This document shows, one piece after another, positions 10,004 to 20,623 of a DNA stretch of 64,000 nucleotides; the first letter of the stretch is position 1, and every line of letters begins with the position of its first letter. A program made the position numbers and the translations under genes. Location of the stretch: positions 1,152,001 to 1,216,000 of the forward strand of contig OY820579.1 in NCBI GenBank assembly GCA_963681965.1, given 5' to 3'. Under the pieces are notes generated by a model, which saw nothing but the letters and a program-made list of their open reading frames with translations, ran no database searches and was not told where the DNA came from. Source of the stretch: a bacterium (lineage in GTDB: Bacteria; Electryoneota; JAOADG01).

Positions 10004-10482
10004 ATTGTAACATTATTAATTGTGTCGGTAATATTGTAAAATAAATAAATGTGTTTTTCCACGGATGCGATCCATCGATATAGATTATTGTTAATTCAAC
10101 TTGTTACAACAAAATTGTGAAAATCTTGCGTTAGTCGTTTTATAATAAACTTAACGAGTCGCTCTCCGAGAAGAAAACATAGCACCGAGAGTTTTTTTCT
10201 AACATCTCCTTGATATCGCTGTTTTTGTTTCCCTAAGACTCGGCGAAGGCTCAGGCGGATTGCCTATGAATTTTTACATCGGGTTGCCAAGCACACCCAC
10301 TCAATGTATGTTGATAGTACCCTGTGAGGGGATTGCCAATTCAATTCGAGCCGCCTCCCTGCTCCTCGGGGGGGCGGTTCTGTCGATAGCTTTCTGCAAC
10401 AAAACAGGTACATATTCTTTTTTTCAAGTCTACAGTTTTCCCCGTTCATTCCTAGATAGAAGTCAAAGGTTAGTGTTACGCG

Positions 10483-11895
10483 ATGCTGGACAATCCTCAG
10501 GCAACGTCTCCCGATCCATCATTGATCCTGTTATGGGATCGTTTTTGTACCGAATTGACCAATCTTCTGGGTGCCGAGCATGTTCGGACTTGGTTCCAAT
10601 CGCTTCAACCGATACGATTGGATCCGGATCAAGCGCAATTCGTGATCGGTGTTCCTGGTGCTTTTCATTTAGAATGGATTCAATCCCATTACTCGGATTT
10701 TCTTGATGAGTGCATCGGGCGAGTGATCGGCGATGGCTTCTCGATTCGGTTTGAAATTGTGGAAACACTTCGAAGCACTAAAGTCGCAACGCCGCCCATT
10801 ATTACTTCACCCACTGAAGATCTGGCACCAATAACCGTGAAACATCCGGGGAGTCCAGTTTCTTTAAAAATCGATCCCGATTATTGCTTTGAAACGTTCA
10901 TTGCGGGTGAAGGTAGTCGCTTTGCGCGTTCTGCGGCAATGGCAGTCGCTCAGTCGCCGGGTGGGAACCGATTTAATCCACTGTTGATTCATGGTGGGGT
11001 GGGTCTTGGCAAAACACATTTGCTTCATGCAATCGCCAATCTCGGTCAAAAAAATCTTAGTGCACGTAATCCAATTTTAACTACGAGTGAGCAATTTACT
11101 TCCGATTTTATTCGCGCGGTTCAACGCGACAAAAAAATTGACTTTGCCGAGCAATATGCCGAAACAAATTTATTGCTGGTTGATGATGTGCAATTCTTTA
11201 TGGGGCGTGAGCAAACCCAGCGACAATTCTTCCACACTTTCAACAGTCTGGTGAATGCAGGGAAACAAATTGTCTTGACATCCGACCGTCCTCCAAGAGA
11301 ATTGGATTATCTGGACGAGCGTTTACGAAGTCGATTTCAACAGGGATTGGTTGTCGAAGTCACACCACCGGAATACGAAACGCGTGTTGCTATTCTGCGA
11401 GTTTGGGCAGAACGCGATGGCGTAAAACTTCCTCCCGACGTAGAAGATTTTCTCGCGACCCATATCGCCTCAAATGTGCGAAATTTGCGTGGAGCGGTCA
11501 TCCGGCTGCTGGCTATCGCCACTCTCGAACGATGCGATTTAACAGTTGCAATCGCCCGTAAAACGATCCATGACCTGTTAACAAGACCCCGTGAAGTGGT
11601 TACGATTGATCATATCATAGACATCGTTGCCAAGCACTACCACATACCGATCGATCAATTTGTGGCAAAGACCCGTAAACAACCGGTAGCAGAAGCGCGG
11701 ATGATTGTCATGGCGCTGGCATGCGAACTAACAGGTATGTCTTTATCTGCAATCGGAATCAGATTGGGGAATCGAGATCACACAACGGTACTCCACGCAC
11801 GCGACTCACTCCGTGAGCGAGCGGAACACGATCGAGAATTTCGTCAAATTTTAGAGCAGTTCAAGCGAGAGGCAGAGCACGGCATTACAGTTTGA
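10483..11895 (+). CDS. dnaA: Chromosomal replication initiator DnaA (divergent, possibly a paralog)
   Basis: FNPLLIHGGVGLGKTHLLHAI, LLVDDVQF, RLRSRF and RDHTTVLHA. All four domains are present. Confidence 0.9.
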   Translation: MLDNPQATSPDPSLILLWDRFCTELTNLLGAEHVRTWFQSLQPIRLDPDQAQFVIGVPGAFHLEWIQSHYSDFLDECIGRVIGDGFSIRFEIVETLRSTKVATPPIITSPTEDLAPITVKHPGSPVSLKIDPDYCFETFIAGEGSRFARSAAMAVAQSPGGNRFNPLLIHGGVGLGKTHLLHAIANLGQKNLSARNPILTTSEQFTSDFIRAVQRDKKIDFAEQYAETNLLLVDDVQFFMGREQTQRQFFHTFNSLVNAGKQIVLTSDRPPRELDYLDERLRSRFQQGLVVEVTPPEYETRVAILRVWAERDGVKLPPDVEDFLATHIASNVRNLRGAVIRLLAIATLERCDLTVAIARKTIHDLLTRPREVVTIDHIIDIVAKHYHIPIDQFVAKTRKQPVAEARMIVMALACELTGMSLSAIGIRLGNRDHTTVLHARDSLRERAEHDREFRQILEQFKREAEHGITV

Positions 11896-12209
11896 ATTAT
11901 TACCAGTTAATAAATTGTATTAATGTTAATAATGTATAACAAATAATATTATATAATACCCACAGCTTTATTTGTATACTTGTTTGATATATAATAACTT
12001 ATAGTGTGTTTGTGATGATACTTGTTTTGTTTTATGTTATACTTGAGAATAATTTCAATCGATCGCGCATTAGGAAAAGTAATTAAGGAAAAAGACGCTA
12101 AGTAATCGCAAATTCATTTGCTATTTAGAATTAATCGCAATTACTCTCTTCAAGCGCGTAGGGTAACTCGTACCTCATATGTTATTTACAATCGAAACCT
12201 AGCTTGAAC

Positions 12210-12238
12210 TTGACATCCAAGACTATCGATTGTATACT
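12210..12238 (+). promoter_or_regulatory. Sigma70-type promoter
   Basis: TTGACA-17 nt-TATACT, about 195 nt upstream of the 12433 start. Confidence 0.75.
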
Positions 12239-12432
12239 ATTAGCAGTTAATTAGAGGAAACGTCTGTCTGAAATTGTAAGTGCAGCTTTAATACACAATT
12301 GTGCTCTGTGTCACGGCTAAGAAAAACGGGAGCTGCGAGCACGTTTTTTCTTTTTCAGTCAGACTAGTATCATTTTTTAGCAACTCGCAATATAAAACAT
12401 AAATGCGGTAGAGGTGTTTTTTAGCGGAGGTA

Positions 12433-15400
12433 ATGATGTCCTTGAGACAGTCAAGAAATTCTTTATTTATCTTTCTCGCCTTATTGGTGGCTCTGTCACT
12501 AACTGGCGAGGCATTTGCACAGGTTTACTCGTATGATAGATTCGGTTTATCTGCCAGTAACTCTGCTGCAGTGAGTACGACGACACGCGGTAGTCGGATC
12601 TACATGAGGATGATTTTACTCTGCGACACAGAAGATCAGATGGCTGACGTCGTAAGCTTATGGGGTACATCATCGGTATCCGATAGCTCTAAAGTCCGTT
12701 TAGCACTGTATACATCATCCGATGGTACTGGATCGCCGACTTATACGACAGCACAAAGTTTCACGCGGACTTCGCATGGAATCATCGATGCGACGCACGG
12801 TGATATTGCCGGTTACGTTACGATACCATCCGATGTCGACGCTACGATCCATTCTGTTGCCGTTCGAGCGATTGGACAATACGACGACCTCGACAATGGA
12901 TATACCCGAATGGGTTCTGCCAAGCTTTCTACCTCCGCAACTCTTCCCGGTGGAACCTACAATTACAACTATATCGTCTTGCAGGCAGCGAGTAGCACAC
13001 CGAATTTGGTGTATCCGTCCAACGGTTTCCAGAGTGGTCAAGATAATAATTCGATGCGCTTCACGTTCGTACTCGAGAATACATCTGCAACTGATACAGT
13101 GACGATGGATATTCTCAGTGGTTCGACTGTTGTTCAGCGGATTCGATATAGTAGCACACTGACTGGCGGTACGCTTTACAGCGGTGTGTACACATACGAT
13201 GGCTCGCTGAATGGTGGTTTGGGTGGTTTCAGCGCTTCGGCAGCCGCCGATCCCGACACTACCGGTGAAACGGTTCCGACCTATACTCAACCGGATCTCA
13301 GCACCAGAGCTGCATTAGTTAGCGGTAATACTTACACCGTAAGACTCACTACTCAGGAAGATGGAAACGCTTCTGCATCGACCAGTTTCGCCAGTTTCAA
13401 ATACGATTCAACGGTTCCCACTATTTCGTTAGCATATCCTAGCGCAAGTTATCAAAGTGGTCGCGATGACGACACAATTCGTGTTCGTTTCACCACCAAT
13501 GAAGTTGCTCGTGCCAATTCGTTAACGATGCAAATTCGAAGCGGTTCAACAGTTGTTCAGGAAGTCGTGTTTTCCGGCACTGCTGCTGCCACTTACGGTG
13601 GTATGCTTGCATACGATCCGACGTTCCCGTCCGAACCATTCGATGCGGTTCCCGGATCGAATACGAGCGGCTCGACACTGCACATAATTGCCAGTCAGAA
13701 TACTTCGATCACACCAGCTGATTTGGTTGATGGAACGACTTACACTGTCCGTGTTTTCTATACCGATATCGCCGGCAACACCTCTGCCAACTCCGACTTT
13801 GCGATGGTGTATGATCTCTCGACTTCTGTTCCGACGCTGTCGTCTCCGGCAAGTTCGTCTTACCTGACGTTGTCGAGCCAGACATTTACTTGGAATAATT
13901 CCGAACCGTATTCGGTGTTAAATCTTTACATCGAACGAACCGGTGGCACTGCCGATAATAATTCACCCCACGTTTTCACGATCGCAAGCGGTAACGCTTT
14001 ATTGAATGCCACGAATCCTAAATCGATGACCTTGGATCTTTCCAACTTGGTTTCCACGGCAAACTATACGTACACCAATACGGTGACCGGTGAAGGTGCT
14101 GCGTTGGTTGTAGGTACTTCTTACAAGTGGTATTTCAAAGCGAATCATGTCGTTGCCGGCGATCCGACATTGCAACAAAGCGCGTTCCGATCATTTAGTG
14201 TGGCAAGTAGTGCTAGTCCGTCGGTTACGTTGGTGTATCCGAGCGCATCCGAACAGGGTGGGCGCGACGACGACTCGTTGCACGTTCGATTTACCACGAC
14301 GACTGCTGCTCGCGCAAACACAATCACTCTGCAATATCGATTGGGTGGTTCGGTTGCTCAACAGATTGTCTTCTCGAATACCGATGCTGCCACTTATGGT
14401 GGTGTGTTGTATTACAATTCAACGTTGAATCCAGCACCTTTCAGTGTTGTTCCTTCGTCGAATACTAGTGGCGCGACTCTTTATTCTATCAACAGTCAGA
14501 CTGTGACGACCGACCTCGTCGACGGTACTACTTACACCGTTCGGGTATTCTATACCGATGTGTTGGGCAATGTGTCGCCGAATGCCGATTTTGCAATGGT
14601 GTACGATGTCACTTCGAACGCTCCAACCCTTTCGTCGCCGACTAGTCCTACGAATCTGACGCTTGCCAATCAGACCTTCACTTGGAGCAACGCCGAAGTA
14701 TATTCCGGTTTGCAGCTATATATCGAACGAACCAGTGGTACCGAAGACGGTAACTCGCCACACATTTTTACCGTCGCAGCCAGTAACGCACTATTGAATA
14801 CTTCGAATCCCAAGTCGGTGACTTTGGATCTCGGTCATTTGGCGGGAACTGCCAACTATTCATACAACAAATCCGACAATACTTCGCTAATTGGTGGAAC
14901 CACCTACCGATGGTATTTCAAGGCTATCGACCTTGCCAACAACCCGCAGGTTACCAGTTCGAACCGGCAGTTCTCGATTGCTAGCGGAACCATTCTCAAT
15001 GTCTCTGGAACTGGTTTGTTAACTGTCGTGAGTCACAATCAAGTTGACAAGCCTGTGTATCGAATCACCTGCGCAACCGCATTGGGTTCTGCAACGTTGA
15101 CGGCAGCGGTTGGTGACTTCCGCGCTTCAACGGCGATCGCTGCGGAAATCACGAATGTGAAACTCTGGTATTCCACCGAGGCGACATTCGCGACGGGTAC
15201 TTCCACACTATTGTCTACCAAGACCTATGATGGAAATTATACCACGTTCAATGGTTTCTCGCGCGCATTCAATACGGCGACAGCATATCTGTATGTGACG
15301 ATCTCAGCTAGTTCAACGGCACAGCACCACCGTATTAACACTGCGTTCCAAACCGGAAGCTTTACCTTCTCGAATTCGAACGATGTCGTTGATGGATTGC

Positions 15401-16038
15401 CGTTAGCCGGCTTCAATACTTCATTGCCGGTTACGCTGAATAAGTTCTCCGGTGCCTCACGCAACGGAAGCGTCAGTTTGGCATGGACGACAGAATCCGA
15501 ATGGGATAACGCTGGTTACGAAGTGATTCGCCGAATCGCTGGTAGCGATGCATTCGAAACGATTGCAACGTACAACGATGTCTCGGATCTCCGCAGCAAA
15601 TCCGATAACGGTACTTCCGAAATTCCGTTGAGCTATATCTATACCGATCGCAATGTTCAGGAAGGCGTTTCATACGAATATCGTCTGCGCACTGTCGACC
15701 TCGCTGGCTCACCGGCTGAATTGAACATGACCGTTCAAGTAACCGTTACGACGCTACCGCGTGAATTCGCATTGCGATCGAACTATCCGAATCCATTCAA
15801 TGCCTCGACCAATCTTCGGTTCGAAGTTCCGTTTGCTTCGAAGGTAACCTTGAAGATCTACGACATTAGCGGTCGAGAAATTTCAACGTTGCTTGATAAA
15901 GATGTCGAAGCCGGATCGCATGTTGTGATGTGGCAGGGTAAGAATGAAGCCGGCAACACAATGGCATCTGGAACGTATTTTGTCCGGATGACTGCTGGTA
16001 AATTTACCTCGACTCAGAAGATTGTAATGATCAAGTAA
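12433..16038 (+). CDS. Large secreted Ser/Thr-rich repeat protein with FlgD/T9SS-type C-terminal sorting domain
   Basis: GGAGG RBS, signal peptide (AFA|Q), internal tandem repeats, 'LPVTL..F' linker domain and 'EFALRSNYPNPFNAST...KIVMIK' CTD. Confidence 0.88.
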   Translation: MMSLRQSRNSLFIFLALLVALSLTGEAFAQVYSYDRFGLSASNSAAVSTTTRGSRIYMRMILLCDTEDQMADVVSLWGTSSVSDSSKVRLALYTSSDGTGSPTYTTAQSFTRTSHGIIDATHGDIAGYVTIPSDVDATIHSVAVRAIGQYDDLDNGYTRMGSAKLSTSATLPGGTYNYNYIVLQAASSTPNLVYPSNGFQSGQDNNSMRFTFVLENTSATDTVTMDILSGSTVVQRIRYSSTLTGGTLYSGVYTYDGSLNGGLGGFSASAAADPDTTGETVPTYTQPDLSTRAALVSGNTYTVRLTTQEDGNASASTSFASFKYDSTVPTISLAYPSASYQSGRDDDTIRVRFTTNEVARANSLTMQIRSGSTVVQEVVFSGTAAATYGGMLAYDPTFPSEPFDAVPGSNTSGSTLHIIASQNTSITPADLVDGTTYTVRVFYTDIAGNTSANSDFAMVYDLSTSVPTLSSPASSSYLTLSSQTFTWNNSEPYSVLNLYIERTGGTADNNSPHVFTIASGNALLNATNPKSMTLDLSNLVSTANYTYTNTVTGEGAALVVGTSYKWYFKANHVVAGDPTLQQSAFRSFSVASSASPSVTLVYPSASEQGGRDDDSLHVRFTTTTAARANTITLQYRLGGSVAQQIVFSNTDAATYGGVLYYNSTLNPAPFSVVPSSNTSGATLYSINSQTVTTDLVDGTTYTVRVFYTDVLGNVSPNADFAMVYDVTSNAPTLSSPTSPTNLTLANQTFTWSNAEVYSGLQLYIERTSGTEDGNSPHIFTVAASNALLNTSNPKSVTLDLGHLAGTANYSYNKSDNTSLIGGTTYRWYFKAIDLANNPQVTSSNRQFSIASGTILNVSGTGLLTVVSHNQVDKPVYRITCATALGSATLTAAVGDFRASTAIAAEITNVKLWYSTEATFATGTSTLLSTKTYDGNYTTFNGFSRAFNTATAYLYVTISASSTAQHHRINTAFQTGSFTFSNSNDVVDGLPLAGFNTSLPVTLNKFSGASRNGSVSLAWTTESEWDNAGYEVIRRIAGSDAFETIATYNDVSDLRSKSDNGTSEIPLSYIYTDRNVQEGVSYEYRLRTVDLAGSPAELNMTVQVTVTTLPREFALRSNYPNPFNASTNLRFEVPFASKVTLKIYDISGREISTLLDKDVEAGSHVVMWQGKNEAGNTMASGTYFVRMTAGKFTSTQKIVMIK

Positions 16039-16058
16039 TCGATCAATAATCTGTGAAG

Positions 16059-16089
16059 ATGGGGTGGCGCAAGTCACCCCATTTTTTTT
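16059..16089 (+). terminator. Intrinsic terminator
   Basis: ATGGGGTGGC-GCAA-GTCACCCCAT followed by a T run. Confidence 0.85.
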
Positions 16090-16100
16090 AAAGGTGAGTT

Positions 16101-16676
16101 ATGATTGAACCGCCTAAAATCTTACCGGATTTAACAACGGAGCGATTGCTGCTGCGGATGCTGAAGGCAACTGATGCAATCGACATCTACCAATATGCCT
16201 CCGATCCGGAAGTCACCACACATCTTCTTTGGGAAACCCATCAGTCAATGGAAGACACGTTGGAATTCGTGGCGAAAGTGTTGATGACGTACGACAATGA
16301 GGAACCCGGAATTTGGGGTATTGTCGATCGATCTATCGGTAAAGTAATTGGAACAATTGGGATTCATAATTGGCGACGAATGCATGATGCGGTAGAAATC
16401 GGATATGTGATTGGGAGACCTAATTGGAACAAGGGTTATATGACCGAAGTCGTTGAAGCAGTGATTACGTATTTATTTAAGGAGCTTCACATAAATCGGG
16501 TCGATGCTGTTTGCGCTGTGGAAAATAGCGCTTCGGAACAAGTAATGAAAAAGGTTGGTATGCAATTCGAGGGCATTCAACGCAAGTCTTGTTTCATCAA
16601 AGGCGAATTCCACGATATGAAAATGTATGCAATTCTTAGACAAGATAGATTCACACAAAAGGAACTTCATAAATGA
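16101..16676 (+). CDS. GNAT N-acetyltransferase, RimJ/RimL family
   Basis: LTTERLLLR, EIGYVIG..WNKGYMTE and NSASEQVMKKVGMQFEG. Confidence 0.9.
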   Translation: MIEPPKILPDLTTERLLLRMLKATDAIDIYQYASDPEVTTHLLWETHQSMEDTLEFVAKVLMTYDNEEPGIWGIVDRSIGKVIGTIGIHNWRRMHDAVEIGYVIGRPNWNKGYMTEVVEAVITYLFKELHINRVDAVCAVENSASEQVMKKVGMQFEGIQRKSCFIKGEFHDMKMYAILRQDRFTQKELHK

Positions 16677-17164
16677 ACGATTGGTCGATCACACTGCCTC
16701 CTTGGTACGGAATGCATCCGATCGTCACGCATTTTCCAATTGCGTTGTTTCCCACGGCGCTCTTATTTATTGCGCTATCGATCGTTTGGAAGCGTTTTCG
16801 GTTGGCATTTTGTATCGTATCAATGATTCTTTTAACAATTGCTGCGATTGGTAGTGTCGTTGCTGTCGCAACTGGATCCGAGGCACGAATTCATACAGCG
16901 ATTCCGTTGGAAGCGGATACCGTGATGTCGCATCATGCGCAAATGGCAGCTTCGTTCCGAACCTTCAATTCACTTTTCACTATTGTATACGCAATTTTTA
17001 TTTTACTAGCATTGGTGAAGACAAAGCTTGGTGAGAAAATTTTCCTACCCGCATCGATTCTCTTGCTGGGAATTGGCTGCTTGTTGCTATGGCAATTGAC
17101 AGTAACCGGACATTTGGGGGGACGACTCGTACATGAGTTTGGAGTTCATGCGAAGATTTATTGA
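16673..17164 (+). CDS. DUF2231-like membrane protein
   Basis: HPIVTHFPIAL and TGHLGGRLVHEFGV motifs, about 4 TM segments. Confidence 0.8.
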   Translation: MNDWSITLPPWYGMHPIVTHFPIALFPTALLFIALSIVWKRFRLAFCIVSMILLTIAAIGSVVAVATGSEARIHTAIPLEADTVMSHHAQMAASFRTFNSLFTIVYAIFILLALVKTKLGEKIFLPASILLLGIGCLLLWQLTVTGHLGGRLVHEFGVHAKIY

Positions 17165-17202
17165 GAATAATTGTAATTTATTAAGAGAACGGAGCGATGC
17201 TG

Positions 17203-18336
17203 TCACTCCGTTTTTTTTGTTAATAATGCGCGTGCAGTTAAAACGCGATTTGCGGCATCGGACCCAATCGCAGTTAGATGTCCCATTTTCCTTCCGGGTC
17301 GCGCTTCGGATTTTCCGTAAAGATGCAGATTAACACCCGGACAACTCAATACCGAGGACCAATTCGGTTCACCATTCCTCCACAAGTCGCCTAGAAGATT
17401 CACCATGGCTGCTTCGCCGGCAATTATTGAAGGATTGCCTAGCGGTAGCGATCCGATTGCACGCCATAGTTGCTCATACTGCGAGATCGAAGCCCCTTCA
17501 ATTGTCCAATGCCCACTGTTGTGTGGACGTGGAGCGAGTTCGTTGATCAGCAATTGCCCGTCAGTTGTCTCGAATAATTCAACGCAGAGTAAACCGATGA
17601 GTTGGAGTTTTTCGGCGATACCGATTGCTAGCTCGTGTGCTTGTTTCGAAATGCGTTGATTGTCGGGAGCTGGAGCGATCGTGAGGTCAAGAATGTGATT
17701 TACATGCCGGTTTTCTACTACCGGAAAACAGCGGGAATCGCCAATTGAATTTCGAGCAACAATCACCGACAATTCCCGAGTGAATGGAACAAAAGCTTCA
17801 AAGATGACTTCGGATGAAAATGCCTCAAGTGCAGCTTTTATGTCGGTAATCGATGTTACTTTACGTTGTCCCTTGCCGTCGTACCCCATACGCAGTGTTT
17901 TCACTACTCCGGGAAATCCAACGATACTGACGGCATTTTCCAGTTCGGAATCATCTGTTCTAGAATTTAGAATTCGAAAGGGAGGGACCGGAAAGCCATT
18001 GGATTGAAGGAACGATTTTTCTTGATCGCGAGCCTGACAAATCTCGAGAACTTCTGGGGAAGGCATTACTGGACAAACAGAAGATCGAAGTGCCGATGCC
18101 GAGAGATTTTCAAATTCAATTGTTAATACCCGGCATTTTTCCGACATCTTTCGAATGGTATCGCAATCGGAATAATTCGCTACCTCTATTTCAGCGCAGG
18201 CTGCCGCTGGGCAGTTCGGATCGGGATCGAGGACTAAGACTTTAAGTCCGAGACGAATTGCAGCGATCGCAGCCATGCGACCTAATTGTCCACCTCCGAC
18301 AATGCCAACGGTATCGCCCGGTAGTAACGGCTTCAT
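17203..18336 (-). CDS. purK: N5-carboxyaminoimidazole ribonucleotide synthase
   Basis: [27 protein letters not shown] and [16 protein letters not shown]. Confidence 0.96.
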   Translation of the reverse strand: MKPLLPGDTVGIVGGGQLGRMAAIAAIRLGLKVLVLDPDPNCPAAACAEIEVANYSDCDTIRKMSEKCRVLTIEFENLSASALRSSVCPVMPSPEVLEICQARDQEKSFLQSNGFPVPPFRILNSRTDDSELENAVSIVGFPGVVKTLRMGYDGKGQRKVTSITDIKAALEAFSSEVIFEAFVPFTRELSVIVARNSIGDSRCFPVVENRHVNHILDLTIAPAPDNQRISKQAHELAIGIAEKLQLIGLLCVELFETTDGQLLINELAPRPHNSGHWTIEGASISQYEQLWRAIGSLPLGNPSIIAGEAAMVNLLGDLWRNGEPNWSSVLSCPGVNLHLYGKSEARPGRKMGHLTAIGSDAANRVLTARALLTKKTE

Positions 18337-18818
18337 ACGATTGGTTCGTCCGTTACAGAATTTGTTTGCCGTTCGCGCCATGCCCGAAGTCGCTCACGTA
18401 ATCCAATGTCTTTTAGGGCGAGGATTGATGCCGCTAAGAGTGCCGCATTTTTCGCTCCGGATTGACCAATTGCGACCGTTCCAACGGGTACACCACCCGG
18501 CATTTGAACGATCGACAACAGTGAATCGAGACCTTTCAGGTGACGACTGGGTACGGGTACTCCAATTACCGGAAGGATGGTTTGAGCGGCGGTCATTCCC
18601 GGTAGATGGGCTGCCCCGCCGGCTCCGGCGATAATGACACAGATGCCGCGCTGCTCCGCTGATTTAGCATATTCGAACATCCGGTCGGGAGTTCGATGTG
18701 CCGATACGACACGCCATTCGAATGGTACTTCCAACTCAGCAAGAACATCGGCACTAGCCTGCAAGGTCTCCTTGTCGGAGATGCTACCCATAATGATACC
18801 AACCAAAGGTTGAGTCAT
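18333..18818 (-). CDS. purE: N5-CAIR mutase
   Basis: [26 protein letters not shown] and [11 protein letters not shown]. Confidence 0.97.
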   Translation of the reverse strand: MTQPLVGIIMGSISDKETLQASADVLAELEVPFEWRVVSAHRTPDRMFEYAKSAEQRGICVIIAGAGGAAHLPGMTAAQTILPVIGVPVPSRHLKGLDSLLSIVQMPGGVPVGTVAIGQSGAKNAALLAASILALKDIGLRERLRAWRERQTNSVTDEPIV

Positions 18819-18886
18819 TTCTTTACCCCGGTTTGACAAAAAAATATAGTGAATTGGTTATTAAATTCGAAACGATATCGATCAAT

Positions 18887-19939
18887 CTAAGATTTGCGCA
18901 CGAGTTCAGTGAGTTGTTTGCGGGGATCGATATCGGATCCGAGGATTTGAATGTCCGATCGAAGAACGTAAAGCTGGTTTGATCGAAGTTCTGGGGGCAA
19001 TTTAACCAGATCTTTTTCGGTCGTCACGATTAGATCGGCATGTTCGGAATGCAGTAATCGAGTGATTCGCGCCAAGTCGTTCGGGCTATAGTCATGATGA
19101 TCGGGGAATGAAAGAAACTGAACGACTTCGATTCCAGTAGAGCGTAGCGAATCGAGAAATCGCGACGGATGGGCAATTCCCGCAAAGCCGATACAACGTT
19201 TACCCGATAATGCTTCCAACGGTAAACGATTGTCACCCGATAACCATGCGCTCGGTGAAAATGCAAATGGTACAATCGGTTTATCGAATCCGAGATTACG
19301 AATCGCTTTTTCCCATTTCGTAGCGTGCTCGGTATCGGATACTTTGAGCCATAATAGGTGAGCGCGATGGATGTTGGCGAATCCTTCGCGGAGATACCCC
19401 CACGGCAACATTCGATACGATCTGCGTGATAAACCTGTATCGAACGAAATCCAATCCAGATCGCGGACTAGTTTGCGATGCTGAAATCCGTCGTCAAGCA
19501 CAATCACGTTACACTTCGACTCTGCGATGAGGGCTTTCGCCCCGCGAACACGATTGCTGTCGCACAGCACGGGAATATTTCGAAAACGATTGGCAATCAT
19601 ACACGGTTCGTCGCCAGCGAGTTGTGATGCTGCAATTGGTGTATCATCACCCCGAGAGACCCAAAACAACTGCTTACTTTTCCGATTGTACCCACGGCTG
19701 AGCAATCCCGGTTTTGCACCGATTTCCAGTAGACGATCCAATGTCCACATTGCCAATGGTGTCTTACCCGCACCGCCTGCCGTAATCCCACCGATACTAA
19801 CTACCGGAACCGATACTCGATCAGATCGAAACAATTCGCTATCATAGGCGTGGTTGCGAAAATTGACGATACCACCATACAAAATCGCCAGCGGCATGGC
19901 GATCGGATCGAGGAAAAATGGAGAAGAAGTGCGGGACAT
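18887..19939 (-). CDS. lpxK: Tetraacyldisaccharide 4'-kinase
   Basis: GGAGKTP, SRGY, GDEP, LDDGFQH, FPDHH and TTEKDLVK. Confidence 0.93.
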   Translation of the reverse strand: MSRTSSPFFLDPIAMPLAILYGGIVNFRNHAYDSELFRSDRVSVPVVSIGGITAGGAGKTPLAMWTLDRLLEIGAKPGLLSRGYNRKSKQLFWVSRGDDTPIAASQLAGDEPCMIANRFRNIPVLCDSNRVRGAKALIAESKCNVIVLDDGFQHRKLVRDLDWISFDTGLSRRSYRMLPWGYLREGFANIHRAHLLWLKVSDTEHATKWEKAIRNLGFDKPIVPFAFSPSAWLSGDNRLPLEALSGKRCIGFAGIAHPSRFLDSLRSTGIEVVQFLSFPDHHDYSPNDLARITRLLHSEHADLIVTTEKDLVKLPPELRSNQLYVLRSDIQILGSDIDPRKQLTELVRKS

Positions 19940-20623
19940 TTATTGATCCTTAAAATTGGGATCAAGTTCGCGCTGACACTGTTCGTCGCAAGTGCGTTCC
20001 AGCTCATTTAATGACTGTTCGAGTTGTCGATTCGCGTGCTTTACTTCGTCGTTTCCGTTTGCACCAACCGAAATTGGCTCGCCGATTGCGAACGTGACTT
20101 TGGCAAATGGTTTCGGTACGAGGAAGCGATCCCATGATTTAATAAATTGCCAACCGCGATCGCACGAACCGCTTACCGGTATTATCGCGGCATTGGCTTC
20201 TCGGGCAAGCCATACCGTTCCAAGCTTTGCTTTGTGACGTGGTCCAGTCGGACCGTCAGGAAGCATTCCACCGATCTTTCCGCGTCGAATGGCATCGACT
20301 GCACTCATCGCAGCTTTTACACCACCTCGAGTAGAACTACCTCGTACCGATCGAAATCCCATCCGTTCGACGATCCGGGTGATGAGTTCACCGTCCTCGT
20401 GATCGGAAACCATCACATGTATGTCGTAGTTGCGTAAAATGCATGCGGTAATTAATAATCGACCGTGCCAGACAGCGATTATTCTACGGTCTAGCTCGAA
20501 TTCGTCGATCGAATTGTGATTCAGGAATTGAACCCGCCAGGACATCGTCAGCAATTTCAAAATTGGCGCAGCTACGCGTGGTGCCAGTTCCAATTTTAGC
20601 CAGCGTTGTAGTCGAGGATTCAT
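19940..20623 (-). CDS. DUF374 lysophospholipid acyltransferase (LpxJ-like)
   Basis: WHGR, SDHEDGE, RGSSTRGG, PDGPTGP and SWDRFLVPKPF. Located between lpxB and lpxK. Confidence 0.85.
   Translation of the reverse strand: MNPRLQRWLKLELAPRVAAPILKLLTMSWRVQFLNHNSIDEFELDRRIIAVWHGRLLITACILRNYDIHVMVSDHEDGELITRIVERMGFRSVRGSSTRGGVKAAMSAVDAIRRGKIGGMLPDGPTGPRHKAKLGTVWLAREANAAIIPVSGSCDRGWQFIKSWDRFLVPKPFAKVTFAIGEPISVGANGNDEVKHANRQLEQSLNELERTCDEQCQRELDPNFKDQ

Noticed and set aside
10260-10706. 148-aa ORF upstream of and overlapping dnaA
   Set aside because: It is an out-of-frame overlap with a TTG start and no family signal.
9949-12432. Confident oriC call around dnaA
   Set aside because: I found no perfect TTWTNCACA box, dnaN is absent, and GC skew cannot be computed here.
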